Source of the DNA: Paraspadella gotoi
Taxonomy: Eukaryota > Animalia > Chaetognatha
Direction: 5' to 3'
Assembly (NCBI GenBank): GCA_051294375.1
Contig: CM119270.1
Location: 2,656,059 to 2,720,058 of the forward strand
Length of the DNA: 64,000 nucleotides
This document shows positions 38,440 through 48,401 of this stretch, in pieces. A model generated the notes under the pieces. That model saw nothing but the letters and a program-made list of their open reading frames with translations. It was not told where the DNA came from and ran no database searches. Positions within the stretch are counted from its first letter, which is position 1. Every line of letters begins with the position of its first letter. Made by a program: the position numbers and the translations under genes.

Positions 38440-40344
38440 CCCCTCTTCGCTCTAACGCGAAACAAGAGTTAACGCTCCATTCTTCTCCTTCTCGAACAAA
38501 TGAGCAACGGAAATGAAAGCGCAATCGAACTGAACCATGAAGAATGAGCGTCGTAGAGGAAATAAAGCGGGCGTTGGGGAGAGAGAAGAGAGATAGAGAG
38601 AGCAGAAAGAAGAGAGAGAGAGAGAGAAGAGAGAGAGGAGAAGAGAAGATGACGAGAGGAGAGAGAAGAGGAAAGAGAGAGAGAGAGAGACGAGAGAGAG
38701 AGACGAGAAGAGAGAGAAGACGAGAGAGGAGAGAGAAGAGAGAGACGAAATCTTCTCAACAACGGCAACGACAACTACAATCAAGTCTTTATATCGCAAA
38801 TATAGCGCCATCTAATGCACGGTCCATTTCATTCTTTCGCGCCACCGTCATTAAGTTTATAAAACAAAAATTAGGGTGGGGAGAATCGTCGAACAATTGG
38901 ATCTCGTTCTAGTTTACATACGGGTGCGCGTGGAGGTGGAAGGGTGGCGGGAGTGAAATGTGGAGGGAGGTCTCTGGGGAAGACAATAAGAATAAGGGAC
39001 GAATCTTTATCATCCTCGGATGTCATTAAAATCTACATCCAATGAGTAAATCGTTTTTTTTTAGTTTAATTAAAATTATTTATTATTATTATGTACATGG
39101 TAACGAAAGACTATAAAAGTTCATTGCGAAAGAAGAGGAAGAAGAAGAAGAAGAGGAAGCAGAAGAAGAAGAAGAAGAGGAAGAAGAAGAAGAAAAAGAA
39201 GAAGCCAAAACCTTTAGATTGGGAGGAGAATGATTTGTTTCCTGCACCAATGAACACTGAGACCGATTAATGGATTTTCAACCACCAAACCTTTTCAGTT
39301 TTTAGGCTAAAAAAAATGTTTTTCTTTTAGTTTTTTGCTCTGTTGTTTTTGTTTATTTTTGTCGATGGGGAACAACAATAACACACACACAAAAAAAATG
39401 GAAAAAATGTTCTCGTCTTGAAGTCTCTCGACTCGACAGAGAAAAGTGGATTGTGGAGCAAAACAAAAAAGTCAATATCTCAGTTGACCAACGAGGGTCA
39501 GACTCAAGCTTTGTTTCAAAGTTTGGAGGTCGAAGGTTTTTCGAGGTCATCTGAGGTCAGAGGATTCTGTCTTCTCTGTTTTCTCTTTTTTTTGAGAAGA
39601 GGGAGAGAAGAGAGAAAAAACACGAGAGAGAGAGGGAGCGGAGAGAGACAGAGAGAGGGAGATGAGAAGAGAGATAGAGAGAGAGAGAGAGAGATGAGAG
39701 AGGAAGAGATGAGAGAAAGAGAGAGAGAGAGAGTAGAGAGAGAGAGAGAGAGAGAGAGAGACGGTCTCCCTTTCGCAACCATTGCCGCAAATTTTATAAT
39801 GTTTACTCGTCGAGAGCGAATTGGTTGGGGCGCGCCTCCGCCGCCTCCGCCGCCATCTTGCGAATAGGATTCGAAGCGGCGCGTCTCTCGCGGGGAAAAG
39901 GGGGCGGGCGGGTGACCCTGAACGGAATGAGTTATGAAAACGGTGCCCGCGAGGCGGCGTTGCAAGAGGGGCGTCGTTGCAGCAGTTGCACGCTCAACTG
40001 GAGTCAACGTTGCTCATTAATTTGCTTACTCCTTTCTTTATTATCAATTTTTTATTTGTACCGCGGTAACGGTTCACTTTAAGACCTTGAAAGCGATTTA
40101 CATGTATTGGCGCAGCCACTAGTCTTTCTTTTTAACTAAAATTGGCTTCAGGTTTGACGACAAAGAATTGACGGCTTTTTCAGTTTCGTCAACAATAATA
40201 TTAGTTTTTCTTCAGCTCATTAGTTTAAGAATTTAAACTTTAAAATAGTTTTTGTCCTTATCTTAATCAGAGCAAATGATTTTCATTCTCTACTGATGCC
40301 ACTTCACCACAATCTCAATCCTTCATTCTCTCTTCCAATCTTCT

Positions 40345-40665
40345 TTTTTTCCCATCTCCTCCCGGCCTCTTCCCATCTCCTCCCTCATCTTCCCATCCTC
40401 TCCCTCATCTTCCATCTCCTCCCTCCTTTCCCATCTTTCTCCCTCCTCTTCCCATCTCCTCCCTCTTCTTCTCATCTCCTCCTCCTCTTCCCATATTCTC
40501 CTCCTCTTCCCATCTCCTCCCTCTTCTTCTCATCTCCTCCTTCTCTTCCCATCTCCTCCCTCATCTTCCCATCTCCTCCCTCCTCTTTCCCATCTCCTCC
40601 CTCCTCTTCCCATCTCCTCCCTCCTCTTCCCATCTCTTATTCCCCCACTCCCCCCCTTTCCCGCT
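40345..40665. repeat. Pyrimidine-rich ~18-20-bp minisatellite (TTCCCATCTCCTCCCTC...)
   Basis: The cccatctcct core recurs more than 10 times. Confidence 0.8.
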
Positions 40666-42526
40666 AAACGTTGAGCAATTAACAGAAATGACTAACGGAG
40701 TCGCGGCTTTTTTCCGTCGCCACCGCGACAATGACGACGACGACGACAATGACGACGACAATGACGGCGACGTCGGCGGAGGCTGCGGCGGCGGCTGCGG
40801 AGACAGAGAGGAAAACGACGACGACGACGACGACATCGACGACGACGAAGCAGGAGCCGCGATTCCAATTCCCGAGTCCCGAGGCTCGGGATTCGTTAGG
40901 GATGACGTCGAAATATCAAATTCGGCAACAAAAAGTCTTGATTAATTGAGTCAATTTAAAAGAAAAGTGTCGATAAAACGTCTCCCTTTAAAACCAGTTT
41001 TCTTTCATATAAAGTCTCTTTTCACAATGACGCGTCGGGTTAATTCACAAAAAAAAAAGATCTCGTATTTTTTTAGGGTCGGGGTCACAATCGAGTTCTT
41101 CACTAACGTCGGAAAGAAACCGCGCTCGGTAATGAAGTGATGTATCACCAATACCATGCTAATGAGGTAAAGGCTTTGTTACCGAAGGGAAAGAGAATTA
41201 AGAAACGCAGGTTTCGGCTTTTCGCGCGACATATGGCCGCGGGGCGCGGAAGGGGGAAGAGGGGGGGGCAGCGTAGCGTGAGAGAGAGAGAGGGGCGGTG
41301 ATCTAGGAAGTTTGGGACATCGAGGTGTGCCCTTGGAGGTTAAACAAGATTGAGGGGCGACTTGGGATGGAACTAAAGATGGTAACTTTGGAAATTGGGA
41401 GATCGAGAGACGATGGTCTCGATATATACGTTGGCCTGCGTGGAGAGGCGTTCGGTCCGCGCGGGAACGCATTCCGGTCCGCACAGGGGCGCGCGTTCAG
41501 ACCGCACAGGGAGACCTTGAGCGATCGAGGCGTGAGTTTGGGATTCGATCGATGGATCAAGACGAGAGACGATAAGGGATTTATTTTTTTTTTTGGGGGG
41601 GGGAGAGGGAGATGAAGAAGGGAAAAGAAGAGACAAATCGTTTCGTTGTCATTTGATTCCTACAGGAACTCGTTTGGGTTTGCCACGCCAAAAAATAAAA
41701 TTTAAAAAAAAATAATGATTCGGAAATTGAACATCGTAAGTTGTGTATGTTATAATAAATGTCTCAACAAATTTACAATTTTTTTTTCATTTAGAAAACA
41801 ATCCCAGGCCCACCTCCTCCTAAAAAAATAATCTATCCCCGCTCTTCCTCTTTCGATTAGCCGACGATTGTTCGAAACAAAAACAGGGGTTTAGAAGAGA
41901 GCGATACTCAAAATATCCCGCGCTTCCCGGAGATTCTTTTTTTTAAAGAAAAAAACATTGGATTCCATTGTGGCGATTATGATTAAAGGCTCCACCCATA
42001 AGAGAGCCTTTTTCAACAACATCGGAGACCAAAAAGACAAAGTTGAAGTGGACGAGGCCGAGGGCGTCTTCGGGCTCAAAAGGCTCAAGAAGTTGGACTC
42101 GTTTCATTGGAGATGGTCGCAGAGTTCACGGATTAAAGATTGTCAAGGTACGGCCAGGGGTTTGATTAAAACGGGAAAAAGAAAAGCTTGCCTATTGTTT
42201 AATAATTTTATGATTATGGAATTCGCTCTCCTTTCGTCCGATCGTTTTTGGGCGTTGTTCCTTTGTTTAATCTATAAATCGAGTTTCCTTGGCTGGAGTC
42301 TGTAATGACCTCTATGGTTGAAAAAAACAATAGAACAGTTTGTGTTACGTACTAACTTCAATTGAGTTGATCTTGGGCGGTTTGTTTTTTTCTGAGTAAG
42401 GCATAGAATAATGATTACAATTGACTAGCACCTTTATTGTGATACCTTATTGCGACAGAAGAAAGAATGAATATGTACACAAAGACGGATTATTAAAAAA
42501 AAAGCCATTCATTTTTTAATTCCCTT

Positions 42527-44778
42527 TTAATTAATTGGCTGATACTGTTCGACCCGGTCCAGTAGTTGCTCCGAATACCCGGGTGAGTAATACTTGACGA
42601 TCTCCTCCGGGTAGCAGCTGTTGATGGCGCTGACGTACTCGGCCAACGCCGTTCCAGGTTCCATCTTTATCTCCTGCACTTTTTTGAGTCCACCGGAAGT
42701 GACGAACAGGCGACGCGCTTTGGGGTCGTTGGGTAAAACCTTAGGCGAGAAAAAAAGAGATAGAGATAGAGACTCTTTTCAAAATTAGATCGACCATTGT
42801 CGATCCCACCTTGGAGAATTGTCCGACGACGTGCTTGAGGATGTTGGGCGGGGCATCGTGGAGGAGCGGTTCGAGCGCCGTCAAGTAGACGCACTTTTGA
42901 AGAACGTTCTTCAACGCTCGTTTAGACTTTGTTTGCAGATCCTCGGAGGCGTCTGAAGGGATTGTTGACAGATTGTTTAACGATGGCCTTGCGAAATGCG
43001 TGACCAAAATTGACTTACCCGCTCTGAGGTAGCACTGCAGTAGCTTGGGTAGGACAGTCGCCATCGCGACGGCTTTGGCGTGTTCCGGGGTGTGGCGTCC
43101 GATCTGACCCAGGGCCCAAGCAGCCGCCGCCTGAATGTGGTCTTCAACTTCCTCTGCTGCGCGTTTTAAATGAATTAAAATTTAATTTAAAACTTTGCTC
43201 GATTTTTTGGGCTGAAATTGAGATTTCTTAACATTAATAGTCCTTACCCAGAGTGATGGCGAGTTGCGTGACGCCCTTGGAGACGATGACGGCCAGAGCG
43301 AGGTTCTCGGAATGAGCGGCGACGTAACCCAGCATCATGACGCCGGGGAGACGAACGTTGCCTTTGCTCTCGCCGACGTAGTCGACGACGGCGGCGACGC
43401 CGCCCGCGTTGACGACCAGTTGGGCCAGCTCCGGGGTGTGCTTTACGATCTCCCTTTTTTTTTGTATGGAAGTTGCGTGTGTTTTATTAAACAATTTATT
43501 TTTTTATTTTTTATTTTATTTTTATTTTTTTATTCATTCATTCATTCATTCATTCATTCATTTATTCATTAATTAATTCAGCCACGACTACATACAAAAA
43601 TACAATCATTTTTCCATTTAATCATTCATTTTTTCCCACCGACTCGCCTGATAAGCGTGGCGCAGTTTTTTCGGACGTACTCGTCCTGATCCTTGAGACA
43701 AGTGAGGATCGCCGGAAAGATCTCGGCCTCGACGACCATCTCGGCGAGGTCGACGGAATGCTTGGAGATTTGACTCAGAGCCGAGAAGACTTGTCGCTTC
43801 AGCTTGGCGTCGGGATTGAGGATCATCTTGGGAGGAAATTAAGAGTTCTGACCTTCTGGCTTTATTGTACTTTAAGATGATACATTTAGTTTACATTTAC
43901 AGATATCGATCAAAGATAGCTTTCCGAGCCCAGGTTCTTTGTAAATTGATAAATCTATATATTGGTCTATTTGAAATAGAGATTGATGAAAAACGATTGA
44001 GCAATGAAAATATTTCTCTGTTCTCATCTCCATCAAAAATCTAAACCCACCTGAGCCAAATGGGCGATGACCCCGGCATCGACGACGGTTTGCGCCAGTT
44101 CGGGCGAATGTTTGCAGATGTCGCTCAGAGCGGAGGCGGCGATTCGCTTGAGCGAAATCTCCGGCTCTTGAATGCAGAGAACGAGCAAGGGAACGGCGCC
44201 CGCGTCCACCACGGCCTGAGAGAGCTCGGCGTTGTGACGGGCGATGTAACCCAAGGCCCAGGCGGCGGCCTCTTTGACCCCGGGGTCGAACTCCTCGAGG
44301 CAGATGACGAGAGCGTCGAGGGCGCCGCACTCGACGACCGATTGGGCGAGCGGCGGGGAATGTTTGGCCACGGCGCGAAGGACGAACGCCGCCGCCTTTT
44401 TGTAGAAACGGTTCTGCTCCGCCAACGAGTAGACCAGCTGTTTTTTTTGTTGGAGAGTGTGGAACAAGTTAAAACTACTTTATTTCTTAACGAGAATAAA
44501 GAGAGGAGTCGTCTAACCTGAGGGAGAATGTCCCCCCTAACGACAGCTTCCGCGAGGTCGTCATTGTAATTTGCCAGGCGTCCGAGAGCCAGAGCGGCCG
44601 TCTGCTGAATGGTGGGTACGACGTCCAACAATAGCGGACGCAGAAGCGACATAACGCCGGCGTTTTGCAGCGTCTCGATGTTTTGCGGTCGCATGGCCAG
44701 ATCGGACACCGTCTGGACGAAATTCGACCGAGCCTTTTGGTACTGCTCGAACACTTGCAGAACTTGGCGCGAACTCAT
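42527..44778 (-). CDS. SPAG6: Sperm-associated antigen 6 / PF16, armadillo-repeat axonemal central-pair protein (508 aa)
   Basis: Exons 44778-44518, 44437-44051, 43826-43648, 43453-43248, 43156-43019, 42952-42810, 42739-42527 total 1527 nt and are open. Starts MSSRQVLQVFEQYQKAR, ends YPEEIVKYYSPGYSEQLLDRVEQYQPIN. AATAAA on - at 42438-42433. Confidence 0.97.
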
Positions 44779-45797
44779 TGTTTAGGCTTGTCTATTTCTT
44801 CTCAAACTTAACCTAAATTCTAAACCTGGTGACCTGCGAAATGAGAATAGAATACATCAATTTTAATTTTTAGGTATATATCCTTTAATATATCCTTTAA
44901 ATAGAAATCTACTATGAAATTTAATTCAATAGGGACGGGGGTTCAAAACTTTAGTCTCGAAGTTTACTTTTAGGTAAAAAAAGAATTTTTTAAAAAAGGT
45001 CGATTTTAATGCTTTTATTATTCCTATTAAAATTACAATATTACTATATAATGATAACATTTTTTTTGATTCAATCATAACTTTTTTTGGTGGATTCTGA
45101 TAGAGCATAAAAAGTTTTTATGTTTTCTTGGTCAAAATTAAGAAAAAGTAATAAAATTATCGAAAGATGACGATGATGATGATGATGATGGTGATGAGTA
45201 TAAATATTTTTTAATGAAATTGGTACAACCAATATAAAAATTATCCATTCATTTAATAAATAAGCTATCTTGCCCCTGACTTTGGACAGGCTTTGGTGGT
45301 TTAAGGCCTCCATCACTCTTACAAGACTCTTACAAGATAATATTTTTCACCCACTTATGATCAAAATAACGAAAAAAGAATTATACTTTGTGTAGACAAC
45401 TTTTTTGCAAGCTACCCGAATCTTATCTTAAAAATAAAAAAAATCATAAAAAAAATTTTTGCCTTTCCTATTTATAAATAAATATTAAAAAAATTAAAAT
45501 ATGGAGTATGGAGTAATCTTAAAATTTTTTGTCTATTACAATTTTTTTAAAAATGTTTAAATTTTCGTTTGAGCAGGTGTTTAATTCAAATTTCTCAACC
45601 ACCTTACTGAGTGAGGCTCCCCCTACTTTAATATTTGTATTGCGTTTAATTGTTCATATTTTTGTCTCGTTGTTTTTAAGGCGTGAGTTTTAAATTTTAA
45701 ACCATTCGATTTTCGTTTTAGTGATCGTTTATAACACCATAACGATTGGAATAGCAGGACTTCGTTGTTAAACATTATATCAAAAGTAAGTGTATAA

Positions 45798-45811
45798 GTT
45801 TCTATGGCAAC
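45798..45811. promoter_or_regulatory. RFX X-box GTTTCTATGGCAAC
   Basis: Full match to GTHNYY-AT-RRNAAC, just upstream of the inferred non-coding first exon of SPAG6 (donor at ~45607, acceptor at ~44834 on -). Confidence 0.75.
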
Positions 45812-45837
45812 AGGCTTATGTCGAGATAAGCTGATTC

Positions 45838-46062
45838 TGATTGGTTGACCAAAGGTTAAATTTTTTTTGATAAACCTCATATGTCTCTGATTGGTTGTCA
45901 TAAAAGTAAGTTGTGTTTCACAGTCCCAATTGGTCATCCATATGAAAACTAACAAATTGATTGGTCGAGGAGACTTTTTACGTTTTCTGAAAATAAATTA
46001 TGGTCACTCTCATTTTCTTTTCGCTGATTAGTCCGTTTCCGAAATGCAGCTCGTTGATTGGC
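45838..46062. promoter_or_regulatory. Cluster of five CCAAT (NF-Y) boxes in the SPAG6/eIF5 head-to-head promoter
   Basis: ATTGG at 45840, 45890, 45929, 45960 and 46057, mostly as TGATTGG[T/C]. Confidence 0.65.
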
Positions 46063-46872
46063 TGTAATCGTGCATCTGCTTGTGAAATCTCCCGGATGTG
46101 GTTGCCTTATAATTGTGACTGTTCTTCCACGTTGTCTTCGCTTCTTTCGCCTCTCGGTTTTTCCTCTTCTCGAAAAAGCCACACGTTTCTCCGGCGTGCT
46201 ACTCTATTGATGCAATTTCTCCATTTTATCCTGTAATTCAAGCTGTTAGGTAAGCATAGATATGGATTGTGACGTGGTTGGTAAAATTTCATATTTTGCT
46301 TTTCAATTTAATAAATTTGTTGGGAATCGCCGCTGGCGAAAACCTTAAATGTTGTATTGTTGGACTTTTGCAATACCTTTTCGTCATATGCGTTTGTGCC
46401 TTTAGCTGATTCATGGCCCCTTATCGTTGGCATCGACGATGTGATCATTTATCGAAATTTTCATTTTCCTACTTAATTAATAAATATCCCTATTTTTTAA
46501 TGTATAATCCTTAACCACAATTGATTTCTACACCTGAAGGCGTTAATTTTATTTTAATTGATATGTTCTTGTTGAATTTAGTCCTGTAAATGTATTCTTA
46601 GCACAAACCATGTATTGAAAGCTACAGAATGCTATTTGTCAATTCTGTTAAGGTTTATAGGTTTAGCAGAAGGGTTTCTGGGAATTTGTGGTTAATAACT
46701 AGTCTATTCTGAAAAGAGTCGTATTGAATGCTCAGTTTTAACGCTAAGTTTTCATTTTAAAATGTTGTTATTGTAGAAATCCCGTCTTGAAATTAGGTAT
46801 TGTTTTATGAAATTGGTACAACCAATATAAAAATTAAAGCCTCAATAATTATTTGAGTTATAAAGCTTTTAT

Positions 46873-47043
46873 TATTAATTTTTACTTTCGCCAATCTGCG
46901 TTTTAGTCTATAAAAAAATATTTAAAAAGTTATTTAAAAAAAAAAATTACTACCTAATTACCCTAACCCTCTTAACCCCTAACTACCCCTAAACTTAAAT
47001 CCCCCCCCCCCGAAACCCCGGTCGGCGAAAGTAAAATTAACCC
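46873..47043 (-). mobile_element. MITE, older copy of the 61935-62052 family
   Basis: TIRs TTTTTACTTTCGCC.../...CGGTCGGCGAAAGTAAAATTAACCC. Internal cctaaccctcttaacccctaactacccctaa is the reverse complement of the other copy. Degenerate TSD GCTTTTAT/GCTTTTTG. Confidence 0.7.
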
Positions 47044-47508
47044 GCTTTTTGGGTTTTTTTTCCGCTTAGGCAGCGACGATACCAGTTTTCGATGCTCGGA
47101 AATTTCAATTGTTAACAAGATCAGCAGCAACATTTGCAGCAAGCCACGCAAAACATCGCATGAATCCGCCTTAAATTCTGTGAGTTGATTCTTTCCGAAG
47201 GAAGCCAACTCGAGCGCGATAGGCGAATAGGTGATCCCTTCGTCTCTCTCTCTCTCTTTTTTCTTTTCGATTCCTGCGCATTTCGCTCTCACTCTCTACC
47301 GTCGGACCAGTCTTTGCTTGGCTGGCCCTTTCTCTCTCTTTCGACTCTTTGTTTCTTTCTGGAAAAGGAACTTAAAATTTTTCCGCAAATAGATTTTTTT
47401 CTTTTTTCGCTCTCAAACCCAACGCATACTTACTATTTCCTCCACGAGCGCCGACTCTCAACTTCACCCCAAAAAGCATACTCGCACACCGGCGCCTTTC
47501 CACACGAA

Positions 47509-47557
47509 GGCCCGCCCCACACCCAATCATTTGTATGCCTAATCTCGACCGGAAGTC
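47509..47557 (+). promoter_or_regulatory. Putative proximal eIF5 promoter: GC box, CCAAT box and ETS motif
   Basis: GGCCCGCCCC (47509), CCAATCA (47523) and ACCGGAAGT (47548) are clustered at the start of a CpG-rich island. Confidence 0.45.
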
Positions 47558-48401
47558 CCGGCTCTCCTCCTCCTCTTCCTCCTCCTCCTCCGTCGATCCC
47601 GAGTCGATCGAATTTCCGCGTCGCGGTCTCCCCCACGACCACGCCGCCTGTCCCGCATTCATCATCGTTGCCCTCGGCCCAGTCACGCCCTCGCCTCCGC
47701 CCCTCCGCGCCTTCGTCGCTTCTCTCGACGATCTTGCCTCTCTCGCGCCCTCTCTCCGTCCCGGCCGCCCTCGTAGCGACGGGCGATTCCCCGAGAGCAG
47801 CATTCGCCACCGGAAGCACAAGCCGCTGGGGCGCGCCGAGCTCGAATCGCTCGATGACCGGTCATCACGGCTCTTTGCTGCCGCCGACTCGCGACGACGC
47901 CTCCGTCCCCGAGTCTCCGCATGGTCGCCCTCAACGTCGTCGTCAACATCGCCGCCGACGCCGTCGCGGAGACTTTCGCTCGGAAACGGGGCTCGCTCAG
48001 TCTCTGTCCCGACGACAAACTTGAGGAGGCTTTCTTTCTCGGACCGGAAATCGAAGCGCGGTCTCCTGCTCCTTCGCCTCTCCGTTCCTCTCTCCCGCGA
48101 TAGTACCGTTGTCGATCGTCGTCGTTGTCGTCGTCGTCGCCAATTCGATCGTCGCGTAGGAAAACAAACTTACCCGTCTCGATCGAACTCACCTCAACGC
48201 CCTCTTCTCCTCGTTGATTCCTCGTCTCAGCTGCAACTGTCCTGACGTCGTTAAGTCGTCTCTTCCCTCTTCGACGAAAATAAAAGCCAAGATAATATCC
48301 CCCGCCCGAGAAGACAACATCGGCCGACGACGACGGTTCCTGCCCACGAACGAGTGACGAAGCCCTACTCCGCCGTCCCCAAGTAACGTCCGACCGACAC
48401 C

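Noticed and set aside
44060-44521. Plus-strand ORFs over SPAG6, and minus-strand ORFs over eIF5 and CK
   Set aside because: Antisense shadows of GC3-rich coding exons.
47921-47950. uORF start MVALNV resembling eIF5 MALNV
   Set aside because: The similarity covers about 4 codons in GTC/AAC-rich sequence and is consistent with chance.
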